Shown piece after piece: positions 23,510-33,827 of a stretch of DNA of 64,000 nt. Each line of letters opens with the position of its first letter. Position 1 is the stretch's first letter. The DNA is from Escherichia coli. GTDB lineage: Bacteria > Pseudomonadota > Gammaproteobacteria > Enterobacterales > Enterobacteriaceae. The notes beneath the pieces were generated by a model. The model saw only the letters and a program-made list of their open reading frames with translations. It did not search any database and was not told the origin of the DNA. The stretch is taken from assembly GCF_030384885.1 (NCBI RefSeq), contig NZ_CP128613.1. One strand, written 5' to 3'. The translations under genes were made by a program, and so were the position numbers.

Positions 23510-24643
23510 ATGGAACTTAAAAAATTGATGGAACATATTTCTATTATCCCCGATTACAGACAAGCCTGGAAAGTGGAACATAAATTATCGGACATTCTAC
23601 TGTTGACTATTTGCGCCGTTATTTCGGGTGCAGAAGTTTGGGAAGATATAGAGGATTTTGGGGAAACACATCCCGATTTTTTGAAGCAATATGGTGATTT
23701 TGAAAATGGTATTCCTGTTCACGATACCATTGCCAGAGTTGTATCCTGTATCAGTCCTGCAAAATTTCACGAGTGCTTTATTAACTGGATGCGTGACTGC
23801 CATTCTTCAGATGATAAAGACGTCATCGCAATTGATGGAAAAACACTCCGGCATTCTTATGACAAGAGTCGCCGCAAGGGAGCGATTCATGTCATTAGTG
23901 CGTTCTCAACAATGCACAGTCTGGTCATCGGACAGATCAGGACGGATGAGAAATCCAATGAAATTACAGCTATCCCAGAACTTCTTAACATGCTGGATAT
24001 TAAAGGAAAAATCATCACAACTGATGCGATGGGTTGCCAGAAAGATATTGCAGAGAAGATACAAAAACAGGGAGGTGATTATTTATTCGCTGTAAAAGGA
24101 AACCAGGGGCAGCTAAATAAAGCCTTTGAGGAAAAATTTCCGCTGAAAGAATTAAATAATCCAGAGCATGACAGTTACGCAATGAGTGAAAAGAGTCACG
24201 GCAGAGAAGAAATCCGTCTTCATATTGTTTGCGATGTCCCTGATGAACTTATTGATTTCACGTTTGAATGGAAAGGTCTGAAGAAATTATGCGTGGCAGT
24301 CTCTTTTCGGTCAATAATAGCAGAACAAAAGAAAGAGCCAGAAATGACGGTCAGATATTATATCAGTTCTGCTGATTTAACCGCAGAGAAGTTCGCCACA
24401 GCAATCCGAAACCACTGGCACGTGGAGAATAAGCTGCACTGGCGTCTGGACGTGGTAATGAATGAAGACGACTGCAAAATAAGAAGAGGAAATGCAGCAG
24501 AATTATTTTCAGGGATACGGCACATCGCTATTAATATTTTGACGAATGATAAGGTATTCAAGGCAGGGTTAAGACGTAAGATGCGAAAAGCAGCCATGGA
24601 CAGAAACTATCTGGCGTCAGTCCTTGCTGGGAGCGGGCTTTAG
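23510..24643 (+). CDS. H-repeat (H-rpt / ISAs1-family) transposase, intact
   Basis: 377-aa ORF recognised as an Rhs-associated H-repeat protein (YhhI/YbfL/YdcC-like). Confidence 0.85.
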   Translation: MELKKLMEHISIIPDYRQAWKVEHKLSDILLLTICAVISGAEVWEDIEDFGETHPDFLKQYGDFENGIPVHDTIARVVSCISPAKFHECFINWMRDCHSSDDKDVIAIDGKTLRHSYDKSRRKGAIHVISAFSTMHSLVIGQIRTDEKSNEITAIPELLNMLDIKGKIITTDAMGCQKDIAEKIQKQGGDYLFAVKGNQGQLNKAFEEKFPLKELNNPEHDSYAMSEKSHGREEIRLHIVCDVPDELIDFTFEWKGLKKLCVAVSFRSIIAEQKKEPEMTVRYYISSADLTAEKFATAIRNHWHVENKLHWRLDVVMNEDDCKIRRGNAAELFSGIRHIAINILTNDKVFKAGLRRKMRKAAMDRNYLASVLAGSGL

Positions 24644-26528
24644 TGAGTAGGCCACCGGAACCTCCCCGACAGCCTCTCGCAGAACCGTACGTGAAACTCT
24701 CGCTTCATACGGCTCCCGTCAGGCAAACGCGCTTCCTGGTCCTGCTTTCCAGTGGGCAAACAACTCCGGCTTCTCTTTTGACAGCCTTTCCATTAGCTGA
24801 CACGCCTTCGTCTTTCTATACCGCAGGGTTTTATATTTCTTTCTCGCCCACGCAATCAGCGTCAGATTAATATATCTGCATACTTTCTTCATCGCTGATT
24901 TGTGGTATCTCGCGTAATAATTCAGCCACCCCGATATTATCGGATTCAGCCACTTCGCAATATCTTCGAGACTCATCTCCACCCTGCGTCTGATCCACAG
25001 TTTCCTGAGTTTTCCAATCATGCCTTTCTGCGCACGGTTACTCGCCGCCGGGCTGAAACTCGTAAAGAGGTTCCCCCGCCGGTGGTTACGTGCTCTTCGC
25101 GCTCTGAACGTATACCCCAGAAAATCAAACTGCACTGTTTCATGGTTCGCCTGTCGTTCGCTGTCTTTGCAGTAAACTATTTTCGTTTTCTCCGGATGTA
25201 ATTCCAGTCCACATTCCTGAAAACGTTTTGCCAGCTTATTCAGTAATTCCTCTGCCTGTTGTTTACTGCCACAATGAATTAATCCATCATCTGCATAACG
25301 GCACCAGGGAATTTCCGGATAATGTAACGTCAGCCATTTATCAAACACATAGTGCAGAAATAAATTCGCCAGTACCGGGCTGATGACTCCACCCTGTGGC
25401 GTACCTTTATTTCTTTCCTTCAGTGTTCCATCCGGCATCTGCACCGGCGCTGTCAGCCAGCGGCGAATAGACAGTCTTACCCATTTATCCGCACAATGTT
25501 TATCTACTGCCCTGAGTAATAAATCGTGGGGGATATTATCGAATAACCCTTTAATATCAAACTCAAGACACCAGTCGTATTGCCAGCAACGTTTTCTGGT
25601 GACTGCTATTGCATCCAGCGCTGATTTTCCATGCCGGTATCCGTATGAATCATTCAGGAAATAACGCTCCACTAATGGTTCAAACGTTACCAGCACCGTC
25701 ATCTGCGCTATTCGATCGCTTACTGTCGGTATTCCTAAAAGTCTTTTGCTGCCATCCTTCTTCGGAATTTCCACCGCACGCACTGGCGGCGGCATCCAGC
25801 TTCCCGACGATAACCTGTTCCAGATTTTGTACAGATTTCCTTTCAGATCCCGCTCAAAATCTTTCAGCGTCTGGTTATCCACTCCGGCAGCTCCGGCATT
25901 CGCCTTTATCCGCCGGTACGCTTCCACCACATGCAATTTACTGACCTGAAACGGTTTTGTCTGTTCACACACAGCCTCCTCCTGCCTACAGTTGGGCTGT
26001 GATGCAGACTGCCCGACGCTGTCCCTTCGCTCCACGTTCATTACAAACGCTTCCTCACTACTACGAACAGCTCTGCCCCGGTTTCGCACATCGATACTCT
26101 CATACTCATAATTTCGGTTATTTGTATTTCTCTCTTGACATTGCGACGACCGGTTCCCGTAGTTCCTGCAAAGAGCCCGATACAGCGTCATGCCTGCTAT
26201 ACACCGGACATCATTCACGCAGCATTCGGAATTCACCCGTAAATTAATCCCGGCGGTATCACGAAACCTCCGGTTTTGATGTCACTTAGGACTAACGACG
26301 TTTCAACACAGGTTCGGGTTTACTCATCTCACTGTATCTCACATAGGATCAGATCTCGTCTGATCGTTCCCCCTGCGCTCACTACCATGGCTCTTTACCA
26401 CAGCAGCCGGGGTTGTTTGGGACCGACTTCCGACAGCAGATCCCGGTGGGCCTGCCACCATCTCTTCACAAGCTTATGCTTATTACATGCAAAACGTCCC
26501 GTTTTGCATCTTTGTGCCTACGGCACAC
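24642..26528 (-). mobile_element. Group II intron (~1.9 kb) inserted antisense at the 3' end of the H-rpt transposase gene
   Basis: Minus-strand 5' end reads GTGTGCCGTAGGCAC; domain V-like hairpin GAGCCGTATGAAGCGAGAGTTTCACGTACGGTTC at about 24681-24714 just 3' of the intron ORF; an empty-site reference (GGGCTTT|CGTAATCTTTCCCTG at 27289-27310) sets the boundaries. Confidence 0.7.
24719..26236 (-). CDS. Group II intron-encoded reverse transcriptase/maturase (no obvious HNH endonuclease domain)
   Basis: ORF contains RT motifs including YADDGLIHC and a maturase-like C-terminus; the true start is probably internal, near MNVERRDSVGQ. Confidence 0.8.
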   Translation of the reverse strand: MNSECCVNDVRCIAGMTLYRALCRNYGNRSSQCQERNTNNRNYEYESIDVRNRGRAVRSSEEAFVMNVERRDSVGQSASQPNCRQEEAVCEQTKPFQVSKLHVVEAYRRIKANAGAAGVDNQTLKDFERDLKGNLYKIWNRLSSGSWMPPPVRAVEIPKKDGSKRLLGIPTVSDRIAQMTVLVTFEPLVERYFLNDSYGYRHGKSALDAIAVTRKRCWQYDWCLEFDIKGLFDNIPHDLLLRAVDKHCADKWVRLSIRRWLTAPVQMPDGTLKERNKGTPQGGVISPVLANLFLHYVFDKWLTLHYPEIPWCRYADDGLIHCGSKQQAEELLNKLAKRFQECGLELHPEKTKIVYCKDSERQANHETVQFDFLGYTFRARRARNHRRGNLFTSFSPAASNRAQKGMIGKLRKLWIRRRVEMSLEDIAKWLNPIISGWLNYYARYHKSAMKKVCRYINLTLIAWARKKYKTLRYRKTKACQLMERLSKEKPELFAHWKAGPGSAFA

Positions 26529-26543
26529 CGTAATCTTTCCCTG

Positions 26544-27300
26544 TGTCATTAGTGCGTTCTCAACAATGCACAGTCTGGTTATCGGACAGATCAAGACGGA
26601 TGAGAAATCCAATGAAATTACAGCTATCCCTGAACTTCTTAACATGCTGGATATTAAAGGAAAAATCATCACAACTGATGCGATGGGTTGCCAGAAAGAT
26701 ATTGCAGAGAAGATACAAAAACAGGGCGGTGATTATTTATTCGCTGTAAAAGGAAATCAGGGGCGGCTTAATAAAGCCTTTGAGGAAAAATTTCCACTGA
26801 AAGAATTAAATAATCCAGAGCATGACAGTTACGCCATTAGTGAAAAGAGTCACGGCAGAGAAGAAATCCGTCTTCATATTGTTTGCGATGTCCCTGATGA
26901 ACTTATTGATTTCACGTTTGAATGGAAAGGTCTGAAGAAATTATGCGTGGCAGTCTCCTTTCGGTCAATAATAGCAGAACAAAAGAAAGAGCCAGAAATG
27001 ACGGTCAGATATTATATCAGTTCTGCTGATTTAACCGCAGAGAAGTTCGCCACAGCAATCCGAAACCACTGGCACGTGGAGAATAAGCTGCACTGGCGTC
27101 TGGACGTGGTAATGAATGAAGACGACTGCAAAATAAGAAGAGGAAATGCAGCAGAATTATTTTCAGGGATACGGCACATCGCTATTAATATTTTGACGAA
27201 TGATAAGGTATTCAAGGCAGGGTTAAGACGTAAGATGCGAAAAGCAGCCATGGACAGAAAGTATCTGGCGTCAGTCCTTGCGGGGAGCGGGCTTTCGTAA
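26544..27300 (+). pseudogene. Partial duplicate of the H-rpt transposase (C-terminal ~250 codons), 5'-truncated
   Basis: Near-identical to codons ~128-377 of the 23510..24643 ORF; homology starts at TGTCATTAGTGCG; the first ~43 codons of track ORF 26413..27300 are unrelated (intron 5' region read on the opposite strand). Confidence 0.75.
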
Positions 27301-27557
27301 TCTTTCCCTGCCCTGCTCACCTCCTCCAGGCACTTCCACAACATGATGACCTGATCGGTTGCCGCCTATCCTCCTCACTATGACCTTCACCTCCGCGCTT
27401 TTGCCTACATCCTGCACAATCGGCAACTTTTATAACCAGTGTAAAAATAACGTGCCGCAATAATCCTACCTATTAATGATAAAAAGCTGTCACAATTCAT
27501 AAAAAACTTTAATATACGCCACCCTAAACATAACCAGCGTTAATGTAAGGTTTTTGT

Positions 27558-29795
27558 GTGGACTGGCTTCTTGATGTTTTTGCAACCTGGCTATATGGCT
27601 TAAAAGTAATCGCGATAACGTTAGCGGTCATCATGTTCATCAGCGGGCTGGACGATTTTTTTATTGATGTCGTCTACTGGGTACGCCGCATTAAACGCAA
27701 GTTGAGTGTTTATCGCCGCTACCCGCGAATGAGTTACCGCGAACTGTATAAACCAGATGAAAAACCGTTAGCGATTATGGTTCCGGCGTGGAATGAAACG
27801 GGCGTCATCGGCAATATGGCCGAGCTGGCGGCGACCACGCTCGACTATGAAAACTATCATATCTTTGTTGGCACCTACCCCAACGACCCCGATACTCAGC
27901 GTGATGTTGACGAAGTGTGCGCTCGCTTCCCAAACGTGCATAAGGTAGTCTGCGCGCGTCCTGGCCCCACCAGCAAAGCCGACTGCCTGAACAACGTGCT
28001 GGACGCCATCACCCAGTTTGAGCGTAGCGCCAATTTCGCTTTTGCTGGTTTTATTCTGCATGACGCCGAAGACGTAATTTCACCGATGGAATTGCGTCTG
28101 TTCAACTATCTGGTCGAGCGTAAAGATCTGATTCAGATCCCGGTATACCCATTCGAACGCGAATGGACGCACTTCACCAGCATGACTTACATTGATGAGT
28201 TTTCAGAACTGCATGGCAAAGATGTTCCGGTGCGTGAAGCCCTCGCCGGACAAGTGCCCAGCGCAGGCGTCGGTACTTGTTTCAGCCGCCGCGCCGTGAC
28301 CGCACTGTTAGCTGACGGTGACGGTATTGCTTTCGACGTGCAGAGTCTTACTGAAGATTACGACATTGGTTTCCGCCTGAAAGAAAAAGGTATGACGGAA
28401 ATTTTTGTCCGTTTTCCGGTGGTGGACGAAGCCAAAGAACGCGAGCAGCGTAAATTTTTACAGCACGCGCGGACGTCAAACATGATCTGCGTGCGCGAAT
28501 ATTTCCCCGATACCTTTTCGACGGCGGTTCGACAAAAGTCTCGCTGGATCATCGGCATTGTTTTCCAGGGCTTTAAAACCCATAAATGGACCTCCAGCCT
28601 GACGCTGAACTACTTTCTCTGGCGCGACCGCAAAGGGGCAATCAGTAACTTTGTCAGCTTCCTCGCGATGCTGGTGATGATCCAGCTTTTGCTGTTACTG
28701 GCGTATGAAAGTTTGTGGCCCGATGCCTGGCATTTCCTTTCTATTTTCAGCGGCAGCACATGGTTAATGACCCTGCTGTGGCTAAACTTTGGTTTGATGG
28801 TTAACCGCATCGTGCAGCGGGTGATTTTTGTCACTGGCTACTACGGTCTGACGCAGGGGCTGCTATCTGTCCTGCGTCTTTTCTGGGGCAACCTGATTAA
28901 CTTCATGGCCAACTGGCGCGCGTTAAAACAGGTGCTTCAACACGGCGATCCACGTCGCGTCGCGTGGGATAAAACAACGCATGACTTCCCCAGCGTCACT
29001 GGCGATACCCGCTCGTTGCGCCCGTTAGGTCAAATTCTGCTGGAAAATCAGGTCATCACTGAAGAACAACTCGATACGGCACTGCGTAATCGTGTCGAAG
29101 GTCTACGCCTGGGCGGTTCAATGCTGATGCAGGGGCTGATTAGCGCCGAACAGCTGGCACAGGCACTGGCAGAGCAAAACGGCGTGGCGTGGGAGTCCAT
29201 CGATGCCTGGCAGATCCCTTCTTCGCTGATTGCCGCGATGCCGGCCTCCGTGGCGCTGCATTATGCGGTGCTACCGCTGCGTCTGGAAAATGATGAGTTA
29301 ATTGTCGGCAGTGAAGATGGTATTGACCCGGTTTCGCTGGCAGCCCTGACGCGTAAAGTTGGACGCAAAGTGCGTTACGTCATTGTTCTGCGAGGACAAA
29401 TTGTCACCGGATTACGTCACTGGTATGCACGCCGACGCGGTCACGATCCGCGGGCAATGTTGTACAATGCGGTTCAGCATCAGTGGCTCACGGAACAGCA
29501 GGCCGGTGAAATCTGGCGGCAATATGTGCCGCATCAGTTCCTGTTCGCCGAAATACTGACCACGCTCGGTCATATTAATCGTTCAGCAATTAACGTGTTG
29601 TTATTGCGCCATGAACGCAGTTCTCTGCCGCTCGGCAAGTTTTTGGTCACCGAAGGCGTTATCAGCCAGGAAACGTTGGATCGCGTCCTGACAATTCAAC
29701 GCGAATTACAAGTTTCGATGCAATCACTATTACTCAAAGTAGGTTTAAACACAGAACAGGTTGCGCAACTGGAGTCCGAAAATGAAGGAGAATAA
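27558..29795 (+). CDS. nfrB: Phage N4 adsorption protein B (inner-membrane glycosyltransferase)
   Basis: 745-aa ORF with GTG start, recognised as NfrB. Confidence 0.9.
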   Translation: MDWLLDVFATWLYGLKVIAITLAVIMFISGLDDFFIDVVYWVRRIKRKLSVYRRYPRMSYRELYKPDEKPLAIMVPAWNETGVIGNMAELAATTLDYENYHIFVGTYPNDPDTQRDVDEVCARFPNVHKVVCARPGPTSKADCLNNVLDAITQFERSANFAFAGFILHDAEDVISPMELRLFNYLVERKDLIQIPVYPFEREWTHFTSMTYIDEFSELHGKDVPVREALAGQVPSAGVGTCFSRRAVTALLADGDGIAFDVQSLTEDYDIGFRLKEKGMTEIFVRFPVVDEAKEREQRKFLQHARTSNMICVREYFPDTFSTAVRQKSRWIIGIVFQGFKTHKWTSSLTLNYFLWRDRKGAISNFVSFLAMLVMIQLLLLLAYESLWPDAWHFLSIFSGSTWLMTLLWLNFGLMVNRIVQRVIFVTGYYGLTQGLLSVLRLFWGNLINFMANWRALKQVLQHGDPRRVAWDKTTHDFPSVTGDTRSLRPLGQILLENQVITEEQLDTALRNRVEGLRLGGSMLMQGLISAEQLAQALAEQNGVAWESIDAWQIPSSLIAAMPASVALHYAVLPLRLENDELIVGSEDGIDPVSLAALTRKVGRKVRYVIVLRGQIVTGLRHWYARRRGHDPRAMLYNAVQHQWLTEQQAGEIWRQYVPHQFLFAEILTTLGHINRSAINVLLLRHERSSLPLGKFLVTEGVISQETLDRVLTIQRELQVSMQSLLLKVGLNTEQVAQLESENEGE

Positions 29796-32754
29796 CCTTA
29801 ATCGCGTCATCGGATGGTCTGGTTTACTGCTGACGTCTTTATTGAGTACCAGCGCACTCGCAGACAATATCGGCACCAGCGCAGAAGAGCTGGGGCTGAG
29901 CAATTATCGCCATTTTGTTATTTATCCCCGTCTCGATAAGGCGCTGAAGGCACAGAAAAATAACGACGAAGCAACCGCCATCCGCGAATTTGAATATATA
30001 CACCAGCAGGTGCCGGATAATATTCCGCTGACTTTATACCTTGCGGAAGCCTATCGCCATTTTGGTCATGATGACCGGGCGCGGCTGTTGCTTGAGGATC
30101 AACTGAAACGTCACCCAGGAGATGCCCGACTTGAGCGCAGTCTGGCGGCTATTCCAGTTGAAGTGAAAAGCGTTACGACTGTTGAAGAACTGCTTGCCCA
30201 GCAAAAAGCGTGCGACGCTGCGCCGACCCTGCGTTGTCGCAGTGAAGTCGGGCAGAATGCCCTGCGGCTGGCACAATTACCTGTCGCCAGAGCGCAACTG
30301 AACGATGCGACGTTTGCTGCATCGACGGAAGGAAAAACGCTGCGAACCGATCTGCTGCAACGCGCAATCTACCTGAAACAATGGTCCCAGGCAGATACGC
30401 TATACAATGAAGCACGCCAGCAGAACACATTAAGCGCGGCAGAACGCCGTCAGTGGTTTGACGTGCTTCTTGCCGGGCAGCTGGATGATCGGATCCTGGC
30501 GCTGCAATCACAGGGGATCTTCACCGATCCACAGTCATATATTACTTACGCGACCGCGCTGGCTTATCGTGGCGAGAAAGCACGCCTCCAGCATTATCTC
30601 ATTGAAAATAAGCCGCTGTTTACCACGGACGCACAAGAGAAAAGTTGGCTCTATCTGTTATCTAAATACAGCGCCAACCCCGTTCAGGCGTTGGCGAATT
30701 ATACGGTACAGTTTGCCGATAACCGCCAGTATGTTGTTGGCGCGACGCTACCGGTGCTGTTAAAAGAAGGTCAGTACGACGCAGCGCAAAAACTGCTCGC
30801 CACCCTCCCCGCCAATGAAATGCTTGAGGAGCGTTATACCGTTAGCGTAGCGACCCATAACAAGGCTGAAGCTCTGCGTCTGGCACGATTGCTATATCAG
30901 CAAGAACCGGCAAATCTTACCCGCCTGGATCAACTGACCTGGCAACTGATGCAGAACGAGCAGTCACGCGAAGCTGCCGATTTATTGCTGCAACGCTATC
31001 CTTTCCAGGGCGATGCGCGTGTCAGCCAGACTTTAATGGCGCGACTGGCGTCTCTGCTGGAAAGTCATCCTTACCTGGCAACTCCGGCGAAGGTGGCGAT
31101 TTTATCGAAACCCTTACCGCTGGCGGAGCAACGTCAGTGGCAAAGTCAGTTGCCGGGTATTGCAGATAATTGCCCGGCAATAGTTCGCTTGCTGGGCGAT
31201 ATGTCGCCTTCCTACGATGCTGCCGCCTGGAACCGTCTGGCAAAGTGTTATCGGGACACGCTACCCGGTGTGGCGTTGTATGCATGGCTTCAGGCCGAAC
31301 AACGGCAACCGAACGCCTGGCAACATCGTGCGGTAGCCTATCAGGCGTATCAGGTTGAGGATTACGCCACCGCACTGGCGGCCTGGCAGAAAATCAGTCT
31401 TCACGACATGAGCAATGAGGATCTGCTTGCTGCTGCCAATACCGCCCAGGCGGCAGGAAATGGTGCGGCTCGCGATCGCTGGCTTCAGCAGGCAGAACAA
31501 CGTGGGCTGGGAAACAATGCCCTCTACTGGTGGCTGCATGCGCAACGTTACATTCCTGGTCAGCCGGAACTCGCACTGAACGATCTCACGCGCTCAATCA
31601 ATATTGCGCCTTCTGCCAACGCTTACGTTGCGCGGGCGACAATTTATCGCCAACGTCATAATGTCCCGGCGGCGGTGAGTGATTTGCGCGCCGCTCTGGA
31701 ACTGGAACCGAATAATAGCAACACCCAGGCAGCGCTCGGTTACGCCTTGTGGGATAGCGGTGATATCGCACAGTCGCGGGAAATGCTCGAACAGGCGCAT
31801 AAAGGGCTACCGGACGATCCGGCACTTATCCGACAACTGGCCTACGTGAACCAGCGTCTGGATGATATGCCTGCGACGCAGCACTACGCCCGGCTGGTGA
31901 TTGATGACATTGATAATCAGGCGCTGATAACCCCACTGACCCCAGAGCAAAATCAGCAACGCTTCAATTTCCGCCGTCTGCATGAGGAGGTCGGTCGCCG
32001 CTGGACGTTCAGTTTCGATTCTTCTATCGGCTTGCGTTCCGGCGCAATGAGTACCGCTAACAATAATGTCGGCGGCGCAGCGCCAGGGAAAAGCTATCGT
32101 AGCTACGGGCAACTGGAAGCCGAGTACCGCATCGGACGCAATATGCTGCTGGAAGGCGACCTGCTCTCGGTTTACAGCCGTGTATTTGCCGATACCGGAG
32201 AAAACGGGGTGATGATGCCGGTGAAAAATCCGATGTCCGGCACCGGTCTGCGCTGGAAGCCGCTGCGCGATCAGATCTTTTTCCTCGCCGTCGAACAGCA
32301 GTTGCCGCTGAACGGGCAAAATGGCGCATCCGATACCATGCTGCGCGCCAGCGCCTCATTCTTTAATGGAGGCAAATACAGCGACGAATGGCACCCGAAC
32401 GGTTCAGGCTGGTTTGCCCAAAACCTGTACCTCGATGCGGCGCAATATGTCCGCCAGGATATTCAGGCGTGGACGGCAGATTATCGCTTAAGCTGGCATC
32501 AGAAGGTGGCTAACGGACAGACTATTGAGCCTTACGCTCACGTTCAGGACAACGGTTATCGTGATAAAGGCACTCAGGGCGCGCAGCTTGGCGGTGTCGG
32601 GGTCCGCTGGAATATCTGGACCGGCGAGACGCACTACGACGCCTGGCCGCACAAAGTCAGTCTCGGCGTCGAATATCAACATACCTTTAAGGCGATTAAT
32701 CAACGTAACGGAGAGCGCAACAACGCGTTTCTCACCATTGGAGTGCACTGGTAA
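29782..32754 (+). CDS. nfrA: Phage N4 adsorption protein A (outer-membrane, TPR-containing)
   Basis: ORF track 29761..32754; start placed at MKENNLNRVIGWSGLLLTSLLSTSALA (signal peptide), 990 aa. Confidence 0.9.
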   Translation: MKENNLNRVIGWSGLLLTSLLSTSALADNIGTSAEELGLSNYRHFVIYPRLDKALKAQKNNDEATAIREFEYIHQQVPDNIPLTLYLAEAYRHFGHDDRARLLLEDQLKRHPGDARLERSLAAIPVEVKSVTTVEELLAQQKACDAAPTLRCRSEVGQNALRLAQLPVARAQLNDATFAASTEGKTLRTDLLQRAIYLKQWSQADTLYNEARQQNTLSAAERRQWFDVLLAGQLDDRILALQSQGIFTDPQSYITYATALAYRGEKARLQHYLIENKPLFTTDAQEKSWLYLLSKYSANPVQALANYTVQFADNRQYVVGATLPVLLKEGQYDAAQKLLATLPANEMLEERYTVSVATHNKAEALRLARLLYQQEPANLTRLDQLTWQLMQNEQSREAADLLLQRYPFQGDARVSQTLMARLASLLESHPYLATPAKVAILSKPLPLAEQRQWQSQLPGIADNCPAIVRLLGDMSPSYDAAAWNRLAKCYRDTLPGVALYAWLQAEQRQPNAWQHRAVAYQAYQVEDYATALAAWQKISLHDMSNEDLLAAANTAQAAGNGAARDRWLQQAEQRGLGNNALYWWLHAQRYIPGQPELALNDLTRSINIAPSANAYVARATIYRQRHNVPAAVSDLRAALELEPNNSNTQAALGYALWDSGDIAQSREMLEQAHKGLPDDPALIRQLAYVNQRLDDMPATQHYARLVIDDIDNQALITPLTPEQNQQRFNFRRLHEEVGRRWTFSFDSSIGLRSGAMSTANNNVGGAAPGKSYRSYGQLEAEYRIGRNMLLEGDLLSVYSRVFADTGENGVMMPVKNPMSGTGLRWKPLRDQIFFLAVEQQLPLNGQNGASDTMLRASASFFNGGKYSDEWHPNGSGWFAQNLYLDAAQYVRQDIQAWTADYRLSWHQKVANGQTIEPYAHVQDNGYRDKGTQGAQLGGVGVRWNIWTGETHYDAWPHKVSLGVEYQHTFKAINQRNGERNNAFLTIGVHW

Positions 32755-33645
32755 ATGCGTAAGTTCATTTTCGTATTGCTGACACTGCTTTTGGTCAGCC
32801 CTTTTTCCTTTGCGATGAAAGGTATTATCTGGCAACCACAAAACCGTGATAGTCAGGTTACCGATACCCAGTGGCAGGGGCTGATGAGTCAGTTACGTTT
32901 GCAAGGCTTCGATACCCTGGTTTTGCAATGGACCCGTTACGGCGATGCATTCACCCAGCCAGAACAGCGTGCGTTATTGTTTAAGCGTGCCGCAGCTGCG
33001 CAACAGGCTGGCCTGAAGCTGATTGTCGGGCTGAATGCCGATCCGGAATTTTTTATGCACCAGAAACAGTCATCCGCGGCGCTGGAAAGCTATCTTAATC
33101 GCCTGCTGGCTGCCGATCTCCAGCAAGCCAGATTATGGAGCGCCGCGCCTGGCGTAACGCCGGATGGCTGGTACATCAGCGCGGAAATTGACGACCTGAA
33201 CTGGCGCAGCGAAGCCGCCCGTCAACCTTTGCTGACATGGTTAAACAACGCGCAGCGGTTGATTAGCGATGTTTCAGCAAAACCGGTTTATATCAGTAGT
33301 TTTTTCGCCGGAAATATGTCGCCCGATGGCTATCGCCAACTGCTGGAACACGTTAAAGCAACCGGCGTTAATGTCTGGGTTCAGGATGGCAGCGGCGTGG
33401 ATAAACTTACTGCTGAACAGCGTGAACGTTATCTACAGGCCTGCGCCGATTGCCAAAGTTCCGCCCCTGCCAGCGGCATTGTTTATGAACTGTTTGTCGC
33501 CGGTAAAGGCAAAACCTTTACCGCGAAACCGAAGCCAGACGCAGAAATTGCCTCACTGTTAGCAAAACGTTCCTCTTGTGGTAAAGACACGCTCTATTTC
33601 TCTCTGCGCTATTTGCCCGTCGCGCACGGCATTCTCGAGTATTAA
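32755..33645 (+). CDS. ybcH: Uncharacterised protein YbcH (co-transcribed with nfrAB)
   Basis: 296-aa ORF with signal peptide directly after nfrA. Confidence 0.8.
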   Translation: MRKFIFVLLTLLLVSPFSFAMKGIIWQPQNRDSQVTDTQWQGLMSQLRLQGFDTLVLQWTRYGDAFTQPEQRALLFKRAAAAQQAGLKLIVGLNADPEFFMHQKQSSAALESYLNRLLAADLQQARLWSAAPGVTPDGWYISAEIDDLNWRSEAARQPLLTWLNNAQRLISDVSAKPVYISSFFAGNMSPDGYRQLLEHVKATGVNVWVQDGSGVDKLTAEQRERYLQACADCQSSAPASGIVYELFVAGKGKTFTAKPKPDAEIASLLAKRSSCGKDTLYFSLRYLPVAHGILEY

Positions 33646-33827
33646 ATCCCCTCCAGGTAAGTCGGGTACGACCTGGCTTACCTCTTTCGCTCTCGTCAGA
33701 ATTCCATCAAGATTAATTGCTAAAAAGCGTGCTAAAGAAAGAAGATCGTTATCGGCGAACGGGCCGATCACTCATGCAGGAAGCATAGATCCTTTGAGCG
33801 GAGTTTCTGATATCTGAGGAGTGCGAA

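Noticed and set aside
24902..25949. Several 60-110-aa plus-strand ORFs inside the group II intron
   Set aside because: They are antisense to the RT/maturase ORF and lie within structured intron RNA; no support for coding.
26413..26543. N-terminal 43 codons of track ORF 26413..27300
   Set aside because: This is the reverse strand of the group II intron 5' region read through into the H-rpt fragment; homology to the transposase only starts at 26544, so the extension is not a real N-terminus.
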